A DNA stretch of 64,000 nt from Phaeosaccion multiseriatum (GCA_965112735.1 OZ218950.1:2852001-2916000), one strand, 5' to 3'; shown: positions 13,201-25,383, numbered from the stretch's first letter. The notes: generated by a model not told the origin, from the letters alone. Translations and numbers: made by a program.

Positions 13201-14653
13201 AACACACACCCCTCTAGGCCGCTCGCCGCGGGAATGTCGAAGCCGCGAAGGCGCTCCTTGCCTTTCCCGGGGTGGACGTGCGCCTGAGCTTGTGCCCGCA
13301 GGACAGGCGCACCCCCCTGCACGCCGCCGCCGCCGTCGGATGTGCTGAGATGGTGGAGCTGCTGCTCGAGACCGAGGGAGGCGCGGAGGTGAGTTCGTGA
13401 GATGACGTGGGGATGGCGAATAGGGTGGGGTGATACCTATCCTATTGACTTACAGGACTCAACCTATGAATTACGTATGTGTGTGCGTGTGGGTGTGTTT
13501 GTGAGATGACGTGGGGATGGCGAATGGGGTGGGGTGATACATATTCTATTGACTTATAGGAATCAACCTATGAATTACGTATGTGTGTGCGTGTGGGTGT
13601 GTTTGTGAGATGACGTGGGGATGGCGAATGGGGTGGGGCGCAAGAGAAAGAACATAGTTCAAGTTGTTCCTTTTTCACCCGTTTTGTTTTTGTCGTCATC
13701 CCCCCCCCCGTCTCATCCCCACCCCTCCCCTTCCACCCTCTCCCACAGAGCATGCTCAACGCCAGCGATGAGTACGGCAAGACGCCCCTCGCCGACGCGG
13801 TGATGGGGAACTTCCCCGAGGTAACCAAGCTCCTCACCCAGCACCCCCTGTTCGACGCCTTTACTTGCATCCTCTTCGATCGAGAGGGGGTTGCGGCTCA
13901 GTGCGTGCTGAGTACGGCGGAGGCGATGAACATTCGCGTTGTGGACGACCCTGACGCCACGAGTGCCGAGGTGAGAGAGTCAAGTCAAGACCGACTGATT
14001 GATTGATGACTGATTGATGATTGGCTGACTGACTGACTCACTAACTCACTGACTCGCTTACAGACTGACTGACTGATTGACTCACTGACTCACGGACTCA
14101 CTGCCTCACTGACTCACTGAATCACTGACTCACTGACTCACTGACTCACTGACTCACTGACTGACTGACTGACTGACTGACTGACTGACTGACTCACTGA
14201 GTCATTGACAGATGACGGACAACATCTGATACACTTCTAGTAGTAAGTTCTTTTACTGACTTCCTTACCGTACAATATCACAAACTGGAACTGAAACAGG
14301 TGAGGGCCTCGAACACCATCGTGACGGCATTACTGGCGGCGGTGAGGAGACTCGCAGAGGAGGAGGGGGTAGAGGTCCCGGGGGGCACGCACCGCCATCA
14401 CTGTTTCCAGGACGGCGTGTTGTACTCCACAGCGAAGCTCTACGACCTCAATCCGGTGTCTCCAGGGGGGGCAGCGGCAGCGGCAGGGGCAGGGGTGGGT
14501 GCCAGTTCGAGCCCTAACATTACTACTACTCAGTCTGCCTTGTCTCTGGAGAGTCTGGACGAGGGGGATGGCGGAATCACAGACCAACGCAACGCAGGCG
14601 AGGAATTGGTGATACAGCAGGAGCAGGTGGTGGAGACCGCCGTTGGGGCGTAG
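2689..14653 (+). CDS. Large armadillo-like + ankyrin-repeat protein (multi-exon)
   Basis: ATG at 2689 (MGPKKK..). Helical ARM-like exons lie at 3000-8300 (MVEANAIPLLIHML, VCEAGVPALV, LDVRLRTVRLVARLA). Many ankyrin repeats follow (GLTPLLVAV, GLTPLMLAL, GNYPLHWAI, GMTALHSA, GCTPLHYAC, GTTALHLAA, GYTCLHAAC, GKTPLADAV). GT-AG introns; stop near 14653. Confidence 0.8.
4488..4544. repeat. (CAGT)n intronic microsatellite
   Basis: About 14 perfect units seen directly. Confidence 0.95.
6085..6386. repeat. (GAGT)n microsatellite starting exactly at a 5' splice site
   Basis: About 300 bp of GTGAGTGAGT.. directly after exon end TACG. Confidence 0.95.
7794..7809 (+). other. Dispersed DNA motif GCTGTATCACCAACTG (representative perfect copy)
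   Basis: Perfect copies at 7794, 12468, 26649 and 50509; near-perfect copies elsewhere on both strands. Confidence 0.85.
7914..7965. repeat. Intronic tandem duplication (25-bp unit, 27-bp period)
   Basis: GGGTAGAGAATGCCATTCCTTCCAT at 7914 and 7941. Confidence 0.9.
10228..10312. repeat. Intronic tandem duplication (~45-bp unit)
   Basis: CTTCTGATACAGCAGGG..GTGTGCCTTTCCTCTATCC occurs twice. Confidence 0.85.
13397..13638. repeat. Intronic tandem repeat, 104-bp unit x ~2.3
   Basis: Units start GTGAGATGACGTGGGGATGGCGAAT at 13397, 13501 and 13605 with few substitutions. Confidence 0.92.
13992..14205. repeat. (GACT)n/(CTCA)n compound intronic microsatellite
   Basis: Seen directly. Confidence 0.9.
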
Positions 14654-14951
14654 AGTGCTATTGTATTGGATATATTACTGCCCCAAGGCACTCTGATGGA
14701 TGGCAAGCATGAAGAGAAGGGATGGGATGAGCAGTCCCTTCCTCCGTCCCTCTCCCTGTCTTGCGAGGGGCTGTTGCGCTGTGTTTTGTTCGTACTTTCA
14801 GACGCCCGTCAAAAAGTCGTCGTAATGTTGTACTCGCACCACAGGCAGACTGCCACGGACGTACAGATAAGACAGACAGACAGACAGACAGACAGGCAGG
14901 CATCGACCGACACACGCTCGCCCGCGTACACGCCTCACGCCCTCGCGCGCA

Positions 14952-15000
<49 letters not shown>

Positions 15001-15091
15001 CAGCTTCAGTTCCGCCTCAGCGTGTTGAACAAATTGATCAATTCAAATCAAAATCGATCACAAGGATACCCCCCCAATGCCCCACGCACGC

Positions 15092-15384
15092 CTACACGAC
15101 GTCCGCGTCGTTGGTGGGCTGCAGCGCGTTTGCAAAGGGGTCCTGCCCTGCAGCCCTTGTCCGTGCCGACCTCGGCCCCAACCCTCGGGACGGCGCCAAA
15201 AGGGAGGAGGAGGAGAGGGTCTTGGGCAGGCGAGAAGACCGAGATGTACTTCGAGCGGCACGATTGGCTCCTCCTCCTCCTCCTCCTCCTGCTGCTGCTG
15301 CTGCTGCTGCAGCCTTGGTGGGGGCTCTGCTCCTGCTCCTGCTCCTACTCCTGTTGTTGCTGTTGGTGTTGGTGTTGGTGTTGG

Positions 15385-15415
<31 letters not shown>

Positions 15416-17059
15416 GCTCGAGGTGACCGAGGAAGTCGAGGTCACACTATTGGGGCTGTCTTGTACGCCCCTAGCCTCTGCGCGGTCTCGCTCTCGCTCT
15501 CCCTCCCCCTCTCCCTCCTCCTTCCCCTTTTTCTTCTCCTCTGTTTCGTTTTCCTCCTCCTCCTCCTCCTCCTCAGCCGCCGCCGCCGCCATCATCGGAG
15601 TTTCAATACGCAGGCCACTGTCCTCCTCCTGAGGAGCTTTCTCACTGGCAGCGCTGACTACAGCAGTTGGTGCTATAGCAGCAGCACTTGGTACAACAGG
15701 GGCAGGGGCGGCAATGGTGTGGGCCGTGCTGACGAGGACCTCTCCCTCGAACGTAAGCCTGGCCCGCTTGAAGATGTCGGTGTGTGGCTCCGTCTCGGAG
15801 AAGACCGAGGGGCACTCAAACGCCCTCTTGGTGGGGGTGGCGCAGCCTGTGTCGCGCAGCCCTCCCCCCGCACCCTCGGCCCCTACACTCACGGCGCGGG
15901 CGACGTGCTCGTCGACTGAGGCGCCCAGCCCTGTCACCAGGCGGCCGTGACCATCCATGCTCTGGGCGAGGGGAGGGGAGGGGAGGGTAGGGGAGGGAGC
16001 ATTGGAGGGAGGGAGAATGAGAGGGAGGGAGGGAGGGAGGAAGGGAGGGAGGGAGGGAGGAAGGGACCACATGAGTGAGTCGAGCAAGTGATCGAGGGAG
16101 TGAGCACAGAAGCGACACATCGAGTGAGCGAATGAAACTGACGGGGGGATCATGAAAGCTGATGTAAACTGATGTTAAACTGATGCTGATGTGAATGTGC
16201 ATGCATAAGAACCACCCCCCTCCCCTCATCCCCCCCCCCCCCTCCTCTTGTCCACCCTCACCTCCTGCACCTGTCCCTCCATCCGCTTGACCACAGCGCT
16301 CTCCTCTGCCAGCAAAGCCGTCGCCTCTGCTCTCAGCGCCCCCTCCCTGCCTCTTGCCTGCTCCGTCATGCTCTCGGTCGACGCACACAAGTTGGTCATC
16401 GCCGCCGTACAGCACAGCTCTTGGGCAGCGCTGTCGGCGTCGCCGGCCTTTGAATTGTCCGTCACCAACTGCGTGATGCGGCGTGCGCTGTGGACATTGG
16501 CCTCGACGCCTTCGGACATGAGGGTGGTGGTGCTGGCGACGTCTGAAGCGAATGTGGAACAGCTCTGGCTGAAGACCTCCACGCTCTCCTGACGAGGGAG
16601 GGGGAGGGGGGGGGACATTGAGAGAGCAGGGGGGGGTTGGGATTGATATACACGTGCGAGTTTGAGGGGCGGTTGGGAAAGCGTAGAATGGCAGGGGCAA
16701 GAACCCATCCACCACACACATACTCACCCACCCACCCACCCACCCACCCACCCACCCACGCAGCACGCACGCACCTGCACCCTCCCTTTCACGGCCCCCA
16801 GGCTGTCCTGCATCCCCTTGCAGTGCTCGCCTGCCCTCTCGTCCGCGCTGCCTACGACCTCCTTCATCTCCCTCCCCACGTCCATGAGCGAGCCCTGTGT
16901 CCTCTGGTACCCATCCACCACGGTGGCTGCATGTCCGTCGAACTCCTGGCCCATCTTGGCCTTGAAGTCCCCCATGAGTCCTGACACCACGGCAAGCACC
17001 TTGTCCGCCTCCCCCATCACTTCGGTCTTGCGCAGCTCCGTTAGTCGGAGCACCTGAGG

Positions 17060-17120
<61 letters not shown>

Positions 17121-18483
17121 CGTATGGGGGCGGGGATGGGGGCGGGGGTGCGGGTGCTGTGAGTGTGCTGTGGCAGTTACTCACTGACGCACGCACTCAC
17201 TCACTCTCTCACTCCATGAATCACTCCCTCATTCTGTCCCTCACTCTCTCATCACCCTCTCACTCAATCACCACTCCATCCGCTCGCCATTTCCTTACCT
17301 CTCCCTTCTGCTCCTCGAGCTCGGCCTTTTGCTCCTGCAGTCTGTCCACCGCCCACGCCTGTACCTTGCCGAGCTCCTCCGAATTGCTCTGTGCAAACCT
17401 CTGAATGTTGAGTCTGGCCCCCTCCACCTCACCCCCCAATTGCTCGGCAAACAAGCTCAGGTCCGAAGCCTGCCCCGACAGCCTGGTGTGCAAGGACACA
17501 AGCTGAGCAGCACACTCCCTCTCGGTGTGCTTCGCCTCCTTGGACTGTTCCGAGAGGGCTTCAGTGAGAACCCTGCAGCGCTCGAGGGCTCGGCTCCGTG
17601 CGCCTTCGCTCAGTCCTTTGAAGTCGCGAGTCAGTTCCTGTGATTGTGGTGATGTGGGGTGATGTGGGGTGGGGTGGGGTGGTGAGGTGAGGTGCGGTGG
17701 TGGCATCTCCTTTGTCACCCCCTCCGATCCCCCCTCCGCCACACCCCATGGGGAACCCCCCTGGGAAAAATGATGCCCAAAACTGGGTTCTGGCGTGGTT
17801 CCTTTCTACCCATATGCCTTCACAGATTCCCTGGTGCCCACATGCCTCTAACCTGTCCGAGGGCGACAAGCTGTCCAGCGGTAGTGCTCATGTGATCGAG
17901 ATCCTGCTTCGCATTCTCTTCCGCTCGCTGGAGAGGGGAGCAGGAGGCAGGCAGGCAGGCAGGCAGGTAGGTAGGTAGGGCAGGAAAAAGACACGGTAAG
18001 CCAAAACGCTTCGTCCGCGTAGAGCAGCAGCACCAGGAGGAGGAGGAGAAGGAGGAGGAGGAGCATCGCCACGGAGAAGAAGAAGCACCAGAGAAGTGTT
18101 GGGCACTAGTCATTCCGTCCCTTCGGCACCAGATTCGTCCTACCCCCTGCCTTTTCCCTACACACTCCACACATACACACACGCACACACACGTATGTAT
18201 ACACACCCACGCACCATCGCGGTGTGAGCAAGCGCCGCTCTCAGCTCCAGTGCGGTCTTGGCATGCTTCTCCCTGAAGGTCTTGACGGCCTCTGTCAACC
18301 CGTCCGTGAGGGCGTGCGCGTCTTTCTTCCACTGCTCAGCCTCTCCCTTCTTGGTGGCCAACGCCGTCTCCTGCCTCAGGGCCTTTGCAAGCAGCCCGGA
18401 GATGTCCGCCTCCGCTGCACAGAGGGAGGCCTTGGTAATCTCCGCCTCTGTGTGTGTGTGTGTGAGTGTGAGTGCGTATGTTT

Positions 18484-18515
<32 letters not shown>

Positions 18516-19275
18516 TGTGTGTGCGTGTGTGCGCGCCCGGCCGTGTAACAGCGTATTGCAGCCGTGTATGTGTGCAAGCGTGAGGTTGTGTCGGCCGGTC
18601 GATGTCGGCGGTCCGAAACGTAAGTATCCACCCCACCCAGAAATGTCCCCCCTCCCTCCCTCCGTCCCTCCTCATCCCTCTCCCCTCCGCACCCCTCCCC
18701 AAACTCAACGCAAGCCTCCCTACCTTTCAGCAGACGCCTCTCGGTATTGACTTGCTCAGCGACAATAGCCTTGGTCGCATGCACATCCCTCTGCGTCTCC
18801 AACAGCTGCAGCGACCTCTCCTCGAGCTCCCCCTCCGTGTGCGCCAACCTTGCCCGTGTGTACGCGAGGGTCGCCTCTGTGGCAGCGAGGGTTTCACGAG
18901 TAGACCCAAGCACCTCTTGAGTCTGTCTCAACTCGGCCTGGGTGCGGCTCAACTCGCTTTGTGTGTCACGGAGCTCCGCCTGTGTGTTGAGGAGGGTCGT
19001 GTTGGTGGTGCTGAGCTCACACTGAGTCTCGTGCAGCTCCTGTGTGGTCTTGTCGAGGTTCTCTGTGAGGGCTTTGCTCTCTGCCCTGGAGCTGGCGAGG
19101 GCCTCCTCCAGTTCTTCGTTGGCCTCCTGGAGCTGCTCCCTCTCGCTCTTTAGGACCTGGATCTGAAGGAAGGGAAGGGAGGAGGCAGAGCACAGGCAGA
19201 GACAGAGACAAGAGCACAGGCAGAGTCCATGGCAACAGCAGTAGGGACCACAACAAGAACCACGTCATCATCATC

Positions 19276-19309
<34 letters not shown>

Positions 19310-19919
19310 GGGAGAAGGAGGATGCCAAATGAGTGCACACGACAGACGTGGGGTTGAGCCGTGAGGGTCTCTCTCACCCTCCCTCTCGCTCTCGATTGCT
19401 GAATTTGAATATCGGTCCATCGGTGCACCAGAGCAGAGCACAGTCTTGTCTGTGGGGAGCAACGCCGCATCGCTGAAATACCTCCTGCTGCTCCTTCTTC
19501 TTTTCTTCCTCCTCCTCCTCCTACCCCACCTCCTCCCCTCCACCTCGCCCTCCCCCTCCACCACCTCCTCCTCGTCCCCTCCTCCTCCTCCTCCTCCTGA
19601 CGAACCTCTTCCTTCCTGGCCTTGACGATCCCGTCCACCTCAGCCAGCTGGTTCCTCTGGCACTCGAGCTCGGTCTGCATCTGGTCATACTTGGCAGGGT
19701 CAAGATACACTCCGTTCTTCTCGCGACTCGCCAGGAGCATGGAACGGAGGCTGCGAAGAACAAGTGAGTGAGTGAGTGAGTGAGTGAGTGAGTGAGTGAG
19801 CGTGCGTGCGAGCGAGAGAGTGGGTGGATGAATGAACAGAGTAGTATTTTGGTGGGCATCCTTGATACCGTGTTCGAAGGCAAGCGTAGTAAGAGCCATT
19901 CGTCCATCCATACTCCGAA

Positions 19920-19967
<48 letters not shown>

Positions 19968-20825
19968 CTCAATCTCTCCCGCGTACTCCCGGAGCTGGTG
20001 CGTCTTGGTGGTCCTCTGATTGGCCTGAGGCTTGTTGGTGATACTCTTGGCCTTGAGGGCATAGTCCAGCGTACTAAGTGTCTCCTCAATGGCGTCACTC
20101 GAGGCCGTTACGGTGGCAATGATGCAGGTACGGGCCCTTCCTCCGAGGCTCTCTTGGAGAAGTCGGGTCAACTTGGAGTCGCGGTAGGGCACGTGTGAGT
20201 TGTGCTCCACCAACGCGCTAATGACTCTGCCAAGTGTGAGCAGCGACTTGTTGATGTTGGACGCCTCCCTGGCCCGCTCGTTCTTTGCTCCGCTGCGCCC
20301 CACACACTCAGAGCCAGCGAGGTCGACGAGGTTGAGCTGCCCGTTGCGGATCACCTGATCATCATGATGCATGGTGTTGTGTGTGTGTGTGCGCGCGTGT
20401 GTGTGTGGGTGCGTGTATACGTGTGTGCGCATTGTGTAAGTGTGGTAGCTCGTCAGAGGGGGAGAATGGCTGGGACAGGCTGGGACAGGCTCCCACCCCA
20501 CCCCACCACCACTGACTGCCCTCCCCACTCCACCCCAAACCCCATCCCTCCCCCTCCCCCTCCCTCTGTCCCACACACCTCCTGCCCGTCTGTGGTGGTG
20601 TCTTTGATCATAATCTTGAGGGTAAAGATGGAGTGACTCCTGCTCGAGTTTTTGTTCATGAGTGTCTCCGCCGTCCTCCTGGCATCGATGCCCCTCTCCA
20701 GGATGCGGAAAATGTCAGCAGCGTTGAGCACTTGCACCTCCTCCAATCCACAGCACACCACGCCTCTCTTGGCGTCTTGGCGAAGCTCCACCTGTATGGA
20801 GTGTAGAGACCGATCGTCAGTGCGC

Positions 20826-20883
<58 letters not shown>

Positions 20884-21665
20884 CAAAGGACGCCTCATAT
20901 GTCAGCGAGATGCAACGGAGGGATAGGACGGGATCAGACGCGCTTCTGTATCACCTGCAGGCCTCTCCCCAGTGCGTCCGTGCTCCCTCGCCTGTCCTCG
21001 CCGCCCCCCCCCCCCCCCTGGTCTCTCTCTCTCCCTTACGCACCTTCTTCACCTTCCCGCCGTCATCCTTAGCTCCGAGCAGGTCGGCGAGCTCTTCATT
21101 GTACAGCTCGAGGAAGCTGACCCTCAGCGTGTAGTCCGCCTGGAGCTGTTCCAAGTGCTCGAAGATGGCATTGACACTGCGCGGGATGACCCCCATTTGC
21201 TCCTCCTCGCTGAGCGAGCCCTCCATGGTGTACGTCTTTCCGGTGCCTGTCTGACCGTACGCAAACACCGTGCAGTTGTAGCCCTACTCTCGCAAGCGTG
21301 CCGCAGGGAGGTGATGAAGGAGGAAGAAAGAGTGGCAGGGGGAGAGTATTCAACTCGCAATCAAAGCCGAAACCGGGTGAAAATTTCCCCACCTTCCCTC
21401 CCCCACCAAAAGACGCCCTCACCTGCAGCATTTCTTTCACAATGGGCTCCACCATGGAGGAGAAGACCTCCTCCTGCGTAGCGTACCCGTTGAACACATT
21501 GTCGTACGTGTATCCCTTGTCCCGGGCTGTCACCTTGTTTGCGACCCCATCGCAGTTCACAGCGTGCATGTAACCCCGCTGCTTCTCCCTCTCGTTGACT
21601 GGGCGGCATCGTACAGCCACCTGCACGTTTTGCCCCTTCACAGCGGGCTCCGGGGGAGACGCCAT
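15092..21665 (-). CDS. KIF11: Kinesin-5 (BimC/Eg5 family) mitotic motor
   Basis: [11 protein letters not shown]-loop [56 protein letters not shown], kinesin-5 neck REKNGVYL, long coiled coil and BimC-box-like [11 protein letters not shown] in the last exon. Confidence 0.93.
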
Positions 21666-22118
21666 CCCTGTTCCCTGCTCTTCGCCTCACGCAAAGCTCG
21701 TCAAGTTCTCTCCTTGAGTTGCCAGCTTTTTCTGCTCCCCGCAACCCCACAACTCCTGCTGGAGCACAGTGCAGACCCTACGATCCTTCCCCCCTTATTC
21801 TTCGTCTTCTCGCCCCCCAAGGTCTCTCTGATATATATTCAATCCAATCCATCCTGAGGGACCGTTGGTAATTTCGATTATTGTCTAAACTGAAACTGAA
21901 ACTGGATCCGCGGAAATCAAATCAAATCACCAAATCACCCTCGGCATATTTATTTTGGAGCGCGCTCTCTTCTCCTTTATCTCCTCTCCCTCTCTCTCTC
22001 TCTCTCCCTCTCTCTGTCTCTCTGATCTACCCCCCCCGTCTTGTCCAGTTGAACCACTATGAGGCACTCCGAAGGGCCGACTAGAATTGTGAAGAAGGTG
22101 TAAAGTGATTTGGGAAAA

Positions 22119-23435
22119 ATGTCCCTTCTCCTTGACGCCGGAGGTCTGGAAGGCTTGAAAGGTCTGGCGGCAGAGGATTTGACACTCACAGCCGAGTCTT
22201 CGCCTTGCTTTGAGTACTTAGGCAAAGAGGAGAAGGAGGTCTGGTCGAGCTGGTTAGATGATGAAGAAGATGACGTCGATAATGAAGGCGGGGGAGCCAT
22301 CGACGAGGGAAGGGGGGACAAAGAGAGCTCCCCTCTCGCGTCTGTTTGCCCGCTGCAGAAGCGAGCTGCTGCTGCCATCACGAACAGCCAGATCTTCAGA
22401 CAGAATCTGTCTCCAGAGTACGACGGAAAGTTCTATTGTCAGCTGGACAACGTCCTCGACGCAAGGGAGTGCACTCTTCTCACGCAGGCAGCCCGGGGCC
22501 TTTGTCAGCCAGAGGCGGAAGCCTGCACTCTAGATGACGCGGTCTTCGCCGAGCAGCTGTGGGACAGAGTCAAGCGCTTTGTCCCCAGCACGTGGGAAGG
22601 ACGCCCTGTATTGGGTCTCAAGGAGACAGTGAGGCTTCAGCGCGGGGAGGACGAAGGGGTGTTTAACTCTGCCAATGTAGGTGGTCCGTGCTGAGTATGT
22701 GGGGTTAGTGGAAGGTTGGGGTTGATTGATGGTGTAGTTTGATGCTTGGTTGGACTTGAAAAGTCGGAAGCTTTCCCTCCCCCCCCCCTTTGTGAAATTG
22801 CCCCGCGGACCTCGATTACCCAGCAGGGAGTCCGCCCTTTCTCCTCGAATGCCTCCTTCACACCTCGACCCGTCTCTTCCTCCTTCTCCTATGTTGTACC
22901 CTCACTCACTCACTCACTCACTCACCCACAGCTCCAGCACACTGGCAGTGGCGGGAGTGTCGATGGCCCGTCCGCCTGCCACTCTCTCGTTCTCTTCCTG
23001 GAAGACGACTCCTCCCCCCGGCAGCAGGCGGGCTGTACTGCTGGCAGTGTGGTGATGTATCTTGGCGGGACAAGGGGTGGAGGGGATGAGCCTTGCCATG
23101 GGCCCGAGGGGCAGCCTCGACCAGGTCGTGTATTCGTGCACGAGCAGCAGCTTACGCTCCGAGTCACTGCTGCTGATGCTGCACCACCAACTACTGATGC
23201 TGCCTCACCCTCTGCCGCTGTTGCGGAGTCTGAAGGAGCCGAAGGAGAGACCAAGGGGGGTGTAGGCTTTGGTCGAGTTGTGCTAGTGCTGGACGTACTC
23301 TACGGCCGACATTCCGTGGTGGAGTGCCGGGAGACGGGAGAAACGACAGCAGTCTGTGAGGGTTTCACCGCTTGGTGCGGCATGAAGCCCGCGGCGGACA
23401 GCTCTGGTTCCGGGTCGGGCTGCTGCATCAGCTAG
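22119..23435 (+). CDS. Degenerate 2OG-Fe(II) oxygenase / prolyl-4-hydroxylase-like protein with C-terminal CCIS
   Basis: Two exons (intron ~22677-22931). LDNVLDAREC, LDDAVFAEQLWDRVKRFVP, VLGLKETVRL, SLVLFL, PRPGRVFVH and LDVLY follow the P4Hc-like fold order, but no HxD...H motif is present. Confidence 0.6.
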
Positions 23436-23877
23436 ACAGCTAGACTACCTACCACCAGTCGTCTTTGGGCTGATATGCTGTGGTCCAAATTGGGTTGAGT
23501 TGAGTTGAATTGAATTGAATGGGGTTTGTATGTTGGGCTACCGGGATAGACGGGCGGATGGTGTGATGGTGGGTTGTACAGATTTTGTAACTGTCGTTCG
23601 GATGTATGGCGTTTAGGATGAGTCCAATGTGTGTTGGCGTCTTGGGGGGCGGGATGAGACGAGTTGGTGGGAGGATAAGCAAGTGGATAAGTGTACTAGT
23701 GGTGAGGGAAAGAGAAAAGGACAGGGTGATGACAAGCGTGTGCGCTAGCGGGGTAGGGGTCGGTCGGCACCAGCCAGCCGGACGTTATCACCGAACGACG
23801 TGCGCCAAAAGATAGCAGCTATTGCGTCCGAAGGGGCCAGCCTTAAAATAAACTTGTTCAGATGTACGCAATTGGCT

Positions 23878-24076
23878 GGCCCCTGACAAGGTTCTGAGGC
23901 GACCCAGCCAGGCCAGAGAAACTCGAGAAACCTCGAACCTGGCCCGCTGGCGAGGCTTGGCAGAGCAGCATCATTGCCTTATTACATGGCTTTCCCCCAG
24001 AACCTGGAACCTGCCTGGCCGGCTGGCGCCGATCAGAACCTGGAACCTGGGTCGCGTCAGAACCTTGTCAGGGGCC
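23878..24076. mobile_element. MITE-like element with 30-bp terminal inverted repeats
   Basis: Left GGCCCCTGACAAGGTTCTGAGGCGACCCAG matches the reverse complement of the right end at 29/30. Internal AGAACCTGGAACCTG repeats. A related copy lies at 37274-37379. Confidence 0.85.
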
Positions 24077-24425
24077 GAGTTAGGGGCTGAGTAGCGAGGA
24101 AGCGAGGTCGAGGGGAGAGGGAGGAGCAGCCAGGTGCTGCAGGACTGCAGGAGTAAATAGAAAGTATTTCGATCTAGACATGGCCGTGGGGTTTTGCACT
24201 TAGATACACTGTGTTGTGTTGGGAGGGGGAAATGTGAGGGGGGATAGAGGTAGTAGAGGAGGAGAAGAGGGGATGGGGGAGGGGGGGGGCGGTGATCAGA
24301 TCGACTTTTAAAATCGATTAATCGACTTTAAAATCGATTGCAGAAGCTTCGAAGCTCCTCTTCTTCCCTCTCTCTCTTTCTCTCTATATATTCTTATGTG
24401 GTGACAGTAGGCTAGAAAAATTACA

Positions 24426-25383
24426 ATGAAGCAGCAGTCCTGGACGTCCGTGCACGCCAATGCGGTGTCGTGTGTGAAGGGAGAGATCCACAATGTGCTG
24501 ACGGTGCTCCGCATCAACGCCCGGTGGGCCAGCAAGGTACGCAAAGAGCCTTCTCCTCCACTGCAACAGCAGTAGGAGCAGCGCCACTAGCACCCCAATT
24601 TGAGTCGTAGAGTTACAGCCTGAGAGTGGCTTTATGACGTAGTCTTACTACAGAGTGAGCTGTTTGCAGCAGCGATTTTCTCTTGTCCTTCCCCCTTTGG
24701 CCTTCCACCTCCTCCCCCCTTTCTCCCCCTTGTGCACTGGGATGCAGCAACATGAGTTGCTCAAGACCAGAACAGAGACATGAAGAGTAGTGTGAGGAGA
24801 AGAAAGGGGGGGGGAGGAGGGAAGGCCCCGGAACGTGACCTTGCCGCTCCCTGCCCTCGACATCTCTCTCATCTGCCCCCCCCCCTTCCCCTCCCCTCGC
24901 CGCAATGCTCTAAAATCCAGGATCGCTTCAACCGGGAGATTCCTCTCCGCGCAGAGAGCCCTCTTATCCGCGCTCTAAAGGCCCTGCATGCACATCTCGA
25001 GATGGAAGATGACCTGCGACACGTGGACTGCCCCAGGTATTTATGTGTCTAGCTAGACATTCTTTGGGACCTGTGAGCTCTGTGTACGTAGGGGACGGGG
25101 TGAGGCTCCTGCGGATATTCATAGCTCAGCCTTGAAGTAAAGGAACCTGCCCGTCCCGTCTCTGCTTGAAGCGTCGTCACCCCACCCCTCCCTCCTTGCC
25201 CGGTGACACTCTGACCCTCCAGGTACCTTTTGCCGTTTGTGGCGGTGGTGGAGTCTGACCAGACAACGGGCCCCATGACGGGGGCCGCCCTCAGCGCCCT
25301 GCACAAGTTCCTCCTGTACGGTTTCATTGGCAAGAACTCGCCACGGGCCAAGGAGGGAATCAATATGGTGTGTGTGTGCGTGT

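Noticed and set aside
13397-13638. Regular repeats as a CRISPR-like array
   Set aside because: Whole units are repeated with no unique spacers; eukaryotic intron; no cas genes
24604-24680. CUGAGA in a hairpin loop suggested a TPP riboswitch; AUGA..GA suggested a SECIS
   Set aside because: The TPP 3' half (GAACCUGA..UAAU..GCG.AGGGA) is absent, and SECIS spacing, apical AA and 3'-UTR position do not fit
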